A DNA stretch of 64,000 nucleotides from positions 333,762 through 397,761 of the forward strand of contig NMRA01000249.1 of assembly GCA_002633005.1 (NCBI GenBank), read 5' to 3'. Both the position numbers and the translations under genes were made by a program. The stretch comes from Phoronis australis (lineage: Eukaryota > Animalia > Phoronida). Positions within the stretch are counted from its first letter, which is position 1. Each line of letters starts with the position of its first letter. The notes beneath the pieces were generated by a model, which had not been told where the DNA came from, searched no databases, and saw nothing but the letters and a program-made list of their open reading frames with translations. Shown here piece after piece: positions 38,810 to 52,200 of the stretch.

Positions 38810-41245
38810 TTAACAGCCATTTGGACTCCAGTGCCCACGGCATAATGTCCTCAATGCACTTGTGAAATTTTCCCAGAGGCGTGACATGAAATTCATCACA
38901 TTTTCGTGTACTGAGATTAGTCACAACGAATAGTTATTGAACTTAATACATGTACTTTCTACGTTCTACTTACACCCCGCAGTGTAGAACGAAGTCTCAT
39001 GGTCTTTCATTCCTCATTACTGAGAGATAGTTGTATGCGTATCATAACTTGGATGCTTATTTAGAAATCCCGGTACCGACAATTGAGTGGCAAATAAGTT
39101 CTTAAAATTCTGTAATTTGAACAAGTTATTTACATGTACACCCGAAAGAAACAGCATGACCCCAGAACACGAGACAGGACCACCTATCCTCCGAATTGGA
39201 CTCACTCTTCACGTACATGTATATGTAATAGGACCTGGAGGATCAAATGAGACATTCGAACCAACAATCTGGCCCAATACATGTACCTTTGAAAATAGAA
39301 CCGTCCCACCACAAAACAGAAATTCAAAATCTTTACGAAAAAACCGTAAAATTAATTGAGTGAATTTACTTTAAAGTCACGTCATTTATTAATATCTTAA
39401 TTTATTTTCAGATTTGTTATGTATTAATTCTTTCTTTTTAATCACGATGTTATCACTGAATTGAGATTCCGGATATTACCACGGGACAGGAAGAAAATTG
39501 CTGCAAATCTAACAAAAATGGAGCTTAAGGTCTTTTTAACAATTGAGAATCTAGGATCTTTCCTAACATAGTACGCTGGTACTAGTCCTCGCATGGGAAA
39601 TAGCCGAAATCAAGCACAGGGTTCTATGCATGTCTCAGAAAATGTCATTTTCACCTTTCTAGGTGGCAAAGTTTAAGCCATGCTGATATACTTGTATATG
39701 CATGATTTGTCAGCTAATGTGGTAATGGTTTAGATTATTGTGCAAAGAAACCAAAAATTTAACTGACACGGTTGATTTTGGAAAACACTACAAAGCACAC
39801 GCACGTTTAAAAGGATTGTAAACCGTGTTTTGATGAGACAACCAATCCTTGCTCTGTCCCCTGCTAACGCCCCACTAACGTTTCACTTGAGCGATGAAAC
39901 TAGTATTAATGTACGAGCAGATGCTCACTGTGTAAAAGTGGATTTTCTGTTTTTGGTGGGTGATCTTTGCATACAATTGTCGCGTAACTTGCATAAAGTG
40001 CAGACGACTCTTGTCCGTTTAACGGCAGTTGAGTGGTCAAAGTTTGATGCAATGGGGTACAAAGCATAGCATTGGCTTTTACAGTCACGAAAGTGCTTGT
40101 AGATACTTCTTGTTGGGTTGAAATTGAGTTTGATATCAATTTAATAGCGGATTATTCATTGGCGCTCTCTACTAGAAAGTGACTTACGCTTGATCCCTGC
40201 TCAAATTTGGTGAACAGAAATTCACTGCTATATATGATGGTTGATTAATTCAAACACTGAAAAAATAAACCACAATGCCATTCTTCGCCAATATCCACTA
40301 ATTTTTTTGACATTTTTGACTTTGGCAAAGAATGAAATGCAACCGCTTTATCTGTCGCAGCCACAGTCTACGGACTGGGAAACGTTTTGGACATTATGTC
40401 CTTCATCTATGGATATTTTAAAATTCTTGCATTCTTTTGTGAACCATTAGTAGCTCTTGCCGCACATCAGTGAACAACATCCAGTATCATGATAGCAGGA
40501 AAAATGAAAAACGCTGTCTGTGTCACTAGGTTGAAACCTCCCGTAGGCATTACACGGGATCTGAAGGTGGCGCTGAAGGCCTGTGCCCCAAAGACCGTGA
40601 TCGGTTAGGCGGGTTAATTGTGAATTTCAATATGACGCAGCTATCTCAAAAGTCAAGTATAGTGGCTCCGGACCTGAACCCATACACCCATATTTTAAAG
40701 ATATTGAAGCGGAATCCGTGCTGTCCACACGATGAATGTGAAATGAACGAAATAGGGATTGAAGTACAAACTGTACAATTTCTCGAGCATTGTAAGAATT
40801 TTGTAGTAGCAGGAATCAGACCACGAAATGTTTTGATACTCGTAGATATCACTGCAAAGGCCTCAAGCTGGTTGTAAATAGCAATTCGTCACCGATACCA
40901 CCAACAAGACCAATTTTTAGAAGGATTTCTGAATAGACCATCAATAATTTTTGATTGGCTATGACATTCCAAGTAGCGGGACACGTGGCGAAATGCTTTT
41001 GTTAGAACACATTTAAAATAATCTTCAAGTGACGCATCGAGGAAAATGTAAAATTTTCCATTACGTCAACTAATCGTTTTTTCGTTGGTCAACTTGGAAT
41101 GAGATTGATCCCACGGGTTGACAAAATAGCGGTCCTTAGCGACAGATAAGAGGGGTTGTGTCTCCGATAACCGTGCCAGGGATAAGCTCAATATATTTAA
41201 GGGGCACACATAGCTATCTCCAGAGATTAAGAAACTCCACGGAAA

Positions 41246-41458
41246 ATGACCGACATGGAAAACTATGCAGCTGCTCAAAGTTCGACAAGTCCTAATGAGC
41301 CAGATTTGCCAGATGGAAACGAGGGACTACCTCCTACCTACGACGTTACGGACGTTACAATAGAAACACACGAGCCGAGTGACATGGAGACAAGTGTGAA
41401 ACACTTGGCCAAAACTGTTGACCATATAGCCAGAAAGGTGGATGTCATCTGCGACCAG
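41246..41458 (+). CDS. Probable first coding exon of the SLC6 transporter (acidic N-terminal tail); alternative in-frame donor at 41473
   Basis: Protein-like ORF MTDMENYAAAQSSTSPNEPDLPDG...ICDQ ending in phase-0 donors CAG|gtagat or GAG|gtagca, compatible with the phase-0 acceptor at 58923. The linkage is inferred. Confidence 0.55.
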
Positions 41459-44400
41459 GTAGATACAACAGAGGTAGCAATGTATTTTCCAATGGTGTCA
41501 CATAGTATGTTCTCATGGCCAAATGACTCCTTTATGAGAATGCCTATATTTTTCTTTGAATATAACTCAAACCTAAAATTAAAAGTACAGTGTAAGTACG
41601 TTACTCAAATATTCCAATGCACATTAATATCCTACTAATTCATTTTAATACATTAAGTGTGAAATCTTCCTTTGACCGCAATAAACTTGACAAGTGGAGA
41701 TTGACATTCTCGTGGTTAATTAAAAATGTGTTCAAAATATCTCCAATCTGTCATAATTCATTTTGCCAGATTAAAAAACTTCCACCCGAGCCCTCGACAT
41801 TTCCTGCTTAAGGTGATTCTGAAGCACAAACGTCAATAGTGTGTTAGTGTGCAGAAGGGGGAAGGGGCGAATTATTGTGACTATTTTTTACTTATGTTGA
41901 ATAAAATTTATAGTTAACGTTTCAACCTTTATCACCTTTCTTAATATTAGGGCTCATGCATTTGAGTACCACGAAAAAAGTGGCCCGATGCATCACCAAA
42001 CCTCTTAATGCTATTGACAAATGTTTGCATCTTAAAGTTAACACTTCCTGAAAAAAGGGCGATGCACAAGACCACATTCAAAAAATGACAATTGTCTTAA
42101 AAGTACACCCGCAATACTCCCAAATTATAGAGTTATCGCGACGCGCACCCTCTCAATCGGTACAGAGCTCAATGTAGCTTTTTTGATTGAAATAATATTC
42201 GGTGTCTTTAGTCACTACTGATGTCCAAAAATTCTTGACCGTCCGGANTACATTAAGTGTGAAATCTTCCTTTGACCGCAATAAACTTGACAAGTGGAGA
42301 TTGACATTCTCGTGGTTGATTAAAAATGTGTTCATAATATCTCCAATCTGTCATAATTCATTTTGCCAGATTAAAAAACTTCCACCCGAGCCCTCGACAT
42401 TTCCTGCATAAGGTGATTCTGAAGCACAAACGTCAATAGTGTGTTAGTGTGCAGAAGGGGGAAGGGGCGAATTATTGTGACTATTTTTTACTTATGTTGA
42501 ATAAAATTTATAGTTAACGTTTCAACCTTTATCACCTTTCTTAATATTAGGGCTCATGCATTTGAGTACCACGAAAAAAGTGGCCCGATGCATCACCAAA
42601 CCTCTTAATGCTATTGACAAATGTTTGCATCTTAAAGTTAACACTTCCTGAAAAAAGGGCGATGCACAAGACCACATTCAAAAAATGACAATTGTCTTAA
42701 AAGTACACCCGCAATACTCCCAAATTATAGAGTTATCGCGACGCGCACCCTCTCAATCGGTACAGAGCTCAATGTAGCTTTTTTGATTGAAATAATATTC
42801 GGTGTCTTTAGTCACTACTGATGTCCAAAAATTCTTGACCGTCCGGAATGTGACGATAGTGAACATGTACATGAAGATGCTTCACCCCAAGTCTGCTTTG
42901 CCAAACACGCACTGCATTTTCTCTCTGACAACGACACATCATAATAAACAATTGCGTGGGTCTATGTGTGTGTAACTACACTGTAGAGCAAAAAAACGTT
43001 TGCACGAGTTTGACAATCATCAACTTGGCATATCTACATCTGTCATACCATGTTAATATTTTTGTTCTATGAATACCCATGCTTCTTTCTCTTACGCCCG
43101 CATTTACTCTTGACTAGCAGTAAGTAATTTATCTTGGTTTTGGGTCATAGCTAAGTTGTGTAAGCCAGCACGTTTTACTGCTTGTCAAGTTGTATTTGTA
43201 CATGACGATACCGTATTATCTCAGAGATAATAACAGAAAACAAGCTCATGATGTACTGTATCAATGACACAAGGAAGGGACGTAGAGAAAGGAAAGCTCT
43301 TTGGCCCACATACTGTAAATAAAGTGCAAGCGTTATCGTAATACTATATACTATATGTGTGTGTCTTTTGGCTTGTTTTGTTTGTGTTGCTGCTATTCTT
43401 TTTGGTTACGGACTATATTTTTGAAGACGAAAATGAGGGTGAGCTTGGGAAGTCAAGTCCGTCCGACGACCTCGCCCCTTCCGTTCTATATATCTGCGAG
43501 ACGATTTTTCATGGCTAGATAAATTTTCGCAATAACCAACGGACATTTCACCGTGACTTGTGGAAAAGACAACCGCCTTTACTATTGTCGTTTTTACCCA
43601 GCCGAGTACTTGATCGCCGTTTTCCTTCTGTTCCAATAGGATACGCCAACCAGTTTTCTAGATATCATACAGAATGCTGTTGTCAAGGAATAAAATGTTC
43701 TTTGCTGAAACCTAAAGAGGGCACTACAGGGTGCTACGTTACATGACATTTCATTTAACAAAAATATTGACTGATACTGTCACATACCTAATACACACGG
43801 CCTCTTTGCAATATGTTACCAAAGTTAGATACCATCCGCACACGCTTTCGGCAACGAAAATCTTGTGGAAAGTCAAACTAGCCACTTGGAGGTGCTGGCG
43901 TCAGATTCGTCCGAAAATCGACCTCAGATGCCCCTCAACCGGGAACTCCTTAGTTAAATTTCCCCCAGTTTGCCAATCGCCTTTCTTGATATTTGGAAAT
44001 GCTTTCGCTAAGCAATCAGCCGATAGTTTTTGAAATATCATCCGGCAAACAGTGTTCAGAATATCGAAAATCATCTTGACGTGACCAAATCAGGCACTAG
44101 GGACTGATGCAGCAGTCGAATGCTCTACGTGTACCACGTACATGTACTCAAATGTAGTTGGTATCCCTCCTTCACGAACTGCGAGAGCCTTCCCAATTAC
44201 ACCGTCATTATAAATGGACAAATTTTGTCAGAACTGTCAGGCTCAGCAAAGCTTTGCCTAAAGTCTTGCCAGAAATAGTCTGACATTTAATAACAATGAA
44301 ACAATTTTTGTGAAAATAATGAGTTTTAAAATAAAAAAATGCACGCTATTGTGCGTTCCCGGTTATTATTTATCTGTGATTAGACCTAAACAGTAATGTG

Positions 44401-44649
44401 CCGTGATTGGTAAGACAAAGCGCTTGGAGAAACAACTGTCAATACTGTATCAAAATTTTTCTAAAATTCAAACGGAGAGAAAAGCTTGATATTTCGTAGG
44501 GATTTTGTGCTTCGATTTCAACTACTGCTTATTTTGAAAAAATCATTGTTATAGGCCATTCTATTTTACGGAATTGTTAGAACTTTGGCCTGCTGCACCG
44601 TATCTTGTATTCCGTCTATACACGTGGAGCTGTACAATTTTTGGTGTCG

Positions 44650-45628
44650 TAAAAGAATGCCACCCAATTTAATTAGTCTTTTTACCGTGTTAATCGTTCT
44701 ATATCCACATCGCCTCTTATACAGTCGACCTCAGCTTGACGAGAGGTGTCGCGTTAACCTGTAAGGAAGACGAGAAACGATGCAACGACGTCAGTGGTTG
44801 GTCTGCAGAGTGAATGCCGCTATGTTGCGGTGCATGTTTGCTGCTTGTCCGAACTATGAAGCTGCGAAAAAATGGGGTGTATCATTTTTCGACTTCCTCG
44901 AGAGCCCGAAATGCTTAGGAAGTGGCTCGCGGTAGTGAAGAATGAAAGGTACGCTGTTAATAGCAAGCATGAGGCCATGAAACACCTCCGTGTCTTTGCC
45001 GGCATTTCGTCGACAGTGATTTCTCTAAAAAATTCCGTCTCACCAAAGAACTATCCATACGTTCCGTTGCCATGTTTATGGCGCCTCTCTAGTATTTCTT
45101 GATCAGTGTATTCCGGTTAGAACTGATAGCCTGTGGAACCTAACGATCCGACCCGTGAAGTCTTCGTCGGATGAGCTCTTGACTAAGTCGGGATTGGCGC
45201 CGGGCGAGTTGCCATGTCGACGTTTATTATTTTGCGTTCTGTTTCAAAATAAATTATTCTCATCCTAACCAAATGCTTATATGAAACTGAAACAAAGTCT
45301 GTCTCATCAGATACAATTTGTAATGCCTTTGCAGTCATAAATTCGAAACAGCGAAATAAAACAACACGATTTTATAAAAATTCGGTGTATTTTTAAGGAT
45401 TTAGATCGAAATTTGATAATTTATTTGTGTTAAACGATGAATTCAAGCGGTAAGCTGACACCAGTAACCCGTGTTGTGAACTGCTGAACAAACTGCGTGT
45501 GAAACCAATGACGTCATTGGATAATTTCAACACCTCCGTCTGCCGTCAGGTAACGCAACCGAACTTGCCGTTATCGAGTAGAACTACTCGATCTAAACTG
45601 ACACAAAGTAGGTTGCATTCTCCTTTAA
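44650..45628 (+). mobile_element. Kolobok-like element with a frameshifted THAP remnant (about 44814-45070)
   Basis: CPN...IFRLPREPEMLRKWLAVV...HLRV../HFVDSDF THAP pattern; left end taaaagaatgccacccaa matches the reverse complement of the family right end ttgggtgtcattctcctttaa (seen at about 1160). Confidence 0.62.
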
Positions 45629-46542
45629 CAATTCTCTTCAGCTGGCAATCTGACCTAAATTCTTAGTGTACAATTGTATGTAGGGCAGTAGTTATCGCAT
45701 CAGCGACATCTTTGCGACAATAAAACAGAGGCTAAAACAAATTCATATATTCTGGGCTAAAAATTGGTGATTCGTTGAGCTGTTTGATTTCTGAAATTAA
45801 ATTCTTCGTAAAAGTGAAATTAAAATCTCTTTTACGTGTACGACAAATGTTTAACAAATAGACGCGTTTTATGTAACTCCATGCTTACTTACCATCTGGT
45901 AGGTAGTTATATACATATAATCATTTTTAACAGCAGTATATACATGTAACTAGGGAAAAATATCAAGGCAACGCTTCACAATGCATTAGCTTGATACCCG
46001 GTCTGGCCCAAGTTAGAAATCCATTTCCTCTTGAGTTGAAATCAAACGGGAGGTTTTAGTAATGGTAGTTTTTTTTTTAATTCATTCTTATGAAAGCAGC
46101 ATTTTTTCGGTTGAGATACCTTTAAAGTATAACGGGAATTGTTTTTTGAACGTAGATTTGTTTCCATTTTAAGGTATCATTTTGTAATTTTTTGTTTTGG
46201 GGCCGGTAAGTTAATATACTGAACTAGGGTATTTCTGTGTTTGAAGTAGACCGGACAATGCTAAAATTTGGTGACAAATGTCTGTTTCGAAAAAAAAACA
46301 CAATTTTTAAGCGCGATAAAACTACCAAATAAATATGTGGTAAGATGGTCGTTGTTTGACGGAGCCTGGTAGAGTTCTGTCAAAGACTTTCCAGTTTTGA
46401 TTTGAAAACTAGTTTACAGGCATGTAGTGTACAAGCAGCGTTATTACGTTGCAGCACAAGCTACAATCAATCAAGCAAGTACTAATGGTTCTGACGGCAA
46501 TTTAATAAAAAGGGCTGCTTTATAGATGATAACATTATTTTA

Positions 46543-46930
46543 TCAACGAAAAAGACTCGTTGTTAAAAAGAAGGTATCAAGATCAACTTTAAGACCTTGT
46601 TGAGGATGGACTAATACAGTGGCTGCTATGAAACTAAAATGAAACGTTTTAAGGGTGTCGTGGGTGTGAGAATTAATCAATTCAACGTTATTCCAAAACA
46701 GAAATTCCGAAGCCTCGTGGAATGTCATCTTCACGTAAGAAGTTGTACCTGTCTGTGCGTAGAGATCACGTTGAGATAACCTCGCTCGATTGACTTTATA
46801 GCTGAGTAAATTGAGATTGCATAATGTCGTTATCAGAAAACGCCCTGTGGATTACCGTACGCTCATATCCCAGCCAGAAGTATACACGACTGCGAACTAT
46901 GGAATCTCCTGTGACGTCCACTCTGCGTGT
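46543..46930 (-). pseudogene. Possible decayed SGNH/GDSL esterase, as in ORF1 of CR1/L2 LINEs
   Basis: Minus-strand VTGDSIVR (block I), a QTGTT resembling HVGTN, and LVHP..G resembling DxxH, spread over shifted frames. Confidence 0.4.
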
Positions 46931-49111
46931 TACCCTCGAAATTCTCCTAGAACGAATAGTCGCTAAGTTAAGCAGTAGTGTAAAAGGCACTGCAAAAATA
47001 GAGGCAGCCATTTCCCTCCATTTTAACAGTGGCGTTTGAACTATTGATAAATGGACGACGAGGTGGGCGATGGGGACGAGTAAACCACATGGGGGAATGG
47101 GGGCCTCGAGAGGCTGGAAATGACTTTTTGACGGACCCGACGTCCAGGCCTTATCGACGTAAAGGCATAACTAAGTTGTTCTATAAGTGCGGACACTGTT
47201 TGCCTTGTGCTGTAGCACCGTGACACATGCATGACGACTAAGCCACCGTATCAAGGTAGGGTAACTTTTCCCAGCGCAAACAGTGAACGCACACCGGGCT
47301 GAAGTAGCCCCAAGGCCTTAACAAAAGAACATTCAACATTTTTTTGGGTGTCATGTGCGTAATATGGAAACTCGGCATTGACATTGTGGCAAGAAAAGTG
47401 ATTGTCTAGAATTAGCCACAGCTTGGATTCATACCGAGAATTTTTGCATTCGCATGCAACTCCTTTGCTGGACTACAGTCGAAGGGAGGCTCATAATGTT
47501 ACCGGCTTTAGTGTCAGTCTGGAAGACAACAGTTTGAGTTAGAGATTTGTATGAAAATCACAACCAAGCACAAAGGGTTTTATTGATAAATAGTTCAGCT
47601 CAAAATTGATTACTTTAAAGTCTATCCCATCAAAAAACAGACCCTAATTTTTCGACCGTAAAACGGAGAACGGGTTTACTGTAGGTTATATATCTTAAGT
47701 AACTCATTTCAAATATATTAAAAATTGGGCTATGCGTACTGCAAAATTCGTGGGAGTTTCAAAGAACTCAATTTCTTATCAAGAGTTGTTCTCTTTCCAG
47801 TAGAGAAAATCCTATTTTGAAACACTTTTTAAAAAGTCACGGTTCTTTTTCACGTGCAACTTTTCTATCAAATCAAAGCGAGACGCAGCTACAGGAGGGA
47901 AACTCAGGGAGTGAGAAATGTTGACGGCAGTTGAAAAATAACTTTCACCAGACTTGCATTAGAATGTTCCGCTGTGTATGTCGTATGAATCATCACGGTG
48001 AGAGTGCATGTGTGTGCTCGTGCTTGTGCACCTGTGCGCGTGTGTCCGCGTGCGCGTGTTTCCGCGTGTGTGTGTTCAAAGAATCAAAGAATTGACGCAA
48101 ACAATGAGATGTCTGCTACTTCGAAGTACAAGTTATGCTACCTATCCGCCAATACATATTCATGCCAACGGTTGATATTATCAAGTGTATGTACCTGTAT
48201 GTGATCTGGAAGTGTACCTCAAAATGTCGTAGAAGTCATAACACCTAGGTCTCCCCATAAGATTAGACAATATACAGTCTGGCATCAATCCTGTGTTGCG
48301 GGTTAGATCCTGTGGTATACGATAAACTCTTTCTTTGTCGCTTTAAAAAATATATTCCAGATACCCTTCATTTATCACATACGTTGGAATATCCTACAGA
48401 TTTTGGTAGGCCTCTTGGGTTATTTCGAGGTTAGGGTTTATCGTAGTTTACTTGAAATGGAAACTGCGGCCATGATGTACTAGGTGCTTAACTTGGAAAA
48501 TAGGTACATATAGGGTCTCAAAAGAAGTCATAGCTAATTCATTTGCAATGACGGAATCCCACACTGGAGCTTTGACCCCCATTCGGAGGTACGTACATGT
48601 ACAGAAGAAAGCTGTCGGACGTTTCATTGGGTCCTATAACGATACTGAAAAACTCAGAATCATCCGTGTTGAGTCAAAAATGAAAGCGGAAATGAATATA
48701 CAACGAAGTCATGAAGGACTTAAACTATGTGGTTGTTGATTAGGTTGGTATTTGTGAAGAAACCCAGGTATGTGCTTGGAACTGCAAATTGACATCAATA
48801 CAAAACAGGCCACCTGCTGGGCTTAAACTGGAGTGTTGCACGCAATTCTAGACTGCTGTTAAGGAGAGGGACTTTCACAGCCTACCAAAAGGCTTCAAAG
48901 AGTTCTACTCGGTAGACATAATCTCTGCATGAGGGACTGCGGCTTTATCAGTTTTCCAGTTCCGGCTTCAGAGCTGTAGTAGAGTTGTTAGAGTTGTGTG
49001 ATTCCATTTATAAAATTCAACAAGAAATTTCATGACGAGGCGCAGCCGTGAGTCGTAATTAGAGATCTGATCATTGTCACGTATCCTGACGCGTGACTTG
49101 CACGCCCAAGG

Positions 49112-49265
49112 CTAGGGCGCATCCAGGATTTTTATTTAGGGGGGGCGGGCAGAGTATTAGCCAGGATTTTGCCCGTCAGACGGCGCAACCCCGAACTCAC
49201 AAATGGAATCTGGGAGAGTATTAGGGAAGCCATGGGCCCCTTGGCCACCTCTAAATCCGCCACTG
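49112..49265. mobile_element. GC-rich MITE (CAGGGGCGGATC..GATCCGCCACTG type)
   Basis: ctagggcgcatccagg ... aatccgccactg with perfect 5-bp TSD CAAGG. Confidence 0.75.
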
Positions 49266-52200
49266 CAAGGAGCTGCAAATTATATCAGTACACCTGCTTA
49301 CCTTCTACATGTGGAACGAAGCAATTTCTGGCGAGGTATCTGTGAATAGGTCACTTATATACTGTGAAATTAAAGTAATTTTCGGTATTTTTTGTCACAC
49401 TGGCTTCCGTTGCCTATTCAGTATCACACATGACCTCCATCTGTGAATACCTTACACATACATGTACCTGCTTCGTGCACCCATTCGTGCAAGTTGTTAA
49501 TACCGTTAGTTCTTACACCGCTTAATTCATGATCAGATACTTCTTCAAAGCTTCTACTCTGTTTTATCATGGCATTGATGTTTTTTACCAAAGGCAAATG
49601 CAGTGAAAATTGTACTGCAACTGACGGGCTCTAGTAAAACCGCTGAGGTTGTGCGAACCAACATATTTTTCTATTATCTGTTGCAGGTCTCTTCCGCTCG
49701 TCAACAGAAGCAGAGCAACGCATTTCCACTGTTGGTAAGATAACCACCAATGGATTTCATTGGTTGCACGTGACATTTTAATGCAGTTGTGAACCCCTTG
49801 TATCGTTTTCTACAAAACGCTACTCATGTACATCATAAGTTCACTTTACTGTCCTCAGACTTCTCGTTGTTTATGTGCCAATTATGCAAGTTGTCTGGGA
49901 ATATTTTATTGATTTTAATAAGTGGCAAATTTTTATGTACCATTTTTATCAAGCCTTTTGATTTTCGATGGTAATTACCAGCTGACATCGATTTATGTGT
50001 AGGTACCTTAAAAGACTTTGAAGGAAACGAAACTTCGAAGCCCTGAGTATGGCGGTGACATGAATAAACACTACGTCTGCCGCAATTCTTAAGATTGTCT
50101 AGTCGTTGGTGTGGCAATGGACGGATAAAAATATATGATACAAAATGTGTACCTTTAATGAATAGGTTTGAGCAGGTTAACATTTCAGACAAACTGCAAT
50201 GATGGAAAACAATAACTGTTGTCTCGCCTTATTTCAAAGTAAAAACCATTTCTTTCATCAACCGCAAAATCAAAAATCTAGAATCGTTATGAATTAACAA
50301 ATACATGTACATGTACAGTGTACCTGACATAGGCATCACATAGACCGGGCGTGCGCAACTCAGATACTGAGCTCCCGTTGTGTGTGTACTTACAGTGATG
50401 TTACCTGCCTTAATAGTTGTCAGGCTTCTAAGCAGTCTGACGTCTTGTGGCCCCTTCTTCATAACAGCTAAACCAGGATCATCTTCTTCCCGCCGTACAC
50501 CAACTAGTTGAAGGCCTAGCTTTATGTCGTGAGATGGCATCCAGCTTCCTTGACACGTTTCGACTCTAAACCATAACTGCCTCCACCGGTGAGTCCACAG
50601 TGGCGGCCAACCCACTGTGCATCACTGAGACTTAGAACTTCCTTCGTTCCGACGGTACCACCGCCAAAAACATCTCCTCTCAGCTGGCTCGCCCAGTCTT
50701 CTCACTGCAGCTTTCTTCCTTCCCCTCTCGCACACCGAGTTTCTCCAGCAACCACCTTGCAGATCTTGCAGGGAATCCTCAACATCCCACCTCTACAGGC
50801 AACAACTAAGTCCGCCAGCCTCGAGCTCTACATGTCTCTGCCAGCTCGCTATACATAGATAACTCTCATGGGCCTCTTCAATATGACGCCATATTGGAGA
50901 GTGCCACACGGGACAAAAAATGGCGGCAAACACTGGGAGCTCAACGACATCAGTCAGAAAATCCGGGGCTCGCAGTGTTATGCCAGCAGCCAAAGAGTTG
51001 AGTTTCTTGGTCCTGTCATTAAATCATGGGTTTTTTGGTTCCGCCATAGGGTTTAGTGGTGCTGCTACTAAGTCTTTTTATGCTCTGCCATCATAGTTTA
51101 AAGCAGTGGGACCATGCGTTGTTTCCATCACAATATTGGTGATAGAGAGCATAAAAATTATTATTGACCAGCATATGCTGTTATCCAATGATGATGCTGT
51201 TTGTGAATTGTACTTTAGTAAATATTTGCTATTGATGACACTATGTGCATTCTTACGTGTATTGATAAATAACATCTGCATGCCCGAACTTACCCGCCAG
51301 CCATCCAAATCAGTGCATCTGAGTATATAATAAATCGTGAAGCCGCACAGGCCACTCAAGAATCTGCCACTGTTTGAGACCTTCTATTAGTTTGATATTT
51401 CCCTATCGACTGATTGACTCTTAACAAACGCATGTAAGTGCAGTCTCACACGTTTTTATGTTTCTGAAAAAATCACACTCTTCCGCCTTTTTATGTGTTA
51501 AGTATTGCGCCTCGAAAGGGGAAAGTTGCCCCGTTCGTTTACACGGCAATTCGCCGTGTCACGTGACTAGTATAACTCTCCAATAAGGTTTCAAGTTGTC
51601 AGCTGCAGTAGCGCGTGCGCCTGATCTATTGCATTGAGATGTCTATGGTACCTGACTTGCAGTGTATTTGTGCACGCGTAAGTACGCGTTAACCATCAAC
51701 ATTATTTATTATAGGAGCCACTCAATACGTCGTCTACGGGCAAACCATCAGCAGTGGCGTCCACGAACAACGGAGTGGTAAGCGTAAGTACAGGGTGCAC
51801 TCCTTAACGTGCGGAATGTTGAGAGTAAGTAATAGTCACTGTATGACATCAAACAAAACGAGAAACTATGGGAACATAACCTGTTACGAAAATCACATTT
51901 TTACAATCCAATTTCCTAGTCTGTTGAACACTATTCAAAAATGCAATTAATTGCTTTTTGTTTTTAGTTTGAAGTACTCAATGTTGTCTTTTTTCATTGG
52001 AATGGAGATGTTAGGTTGAGTCAAACCTCCCATTAAGCAGCTGAGATTTCAGCGGCTTCTTTTTTTAACCGTCTAGTGGGTACATTTTCAGGCGTACAAG
52101 ACGATAAGGCAATATTTAAATATTAAGCCAAAAAGTGTTCACCTGTACCCACCGTTATCGCCTTAATTGCACAACCGCTAGACGATCTTATGTCATCGAC

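Noticed and set aside
41649-42847. ~600-bp tandem duplication and twin ORFs 41617/42202
   Set aside because: Junction is at n 42248; likely assembly artefact
47410-47480. tRNA-like sequence on the minus strand
   Set aside because: Only a degenerate B-box and no cloverleaf; at most a SINE remnant
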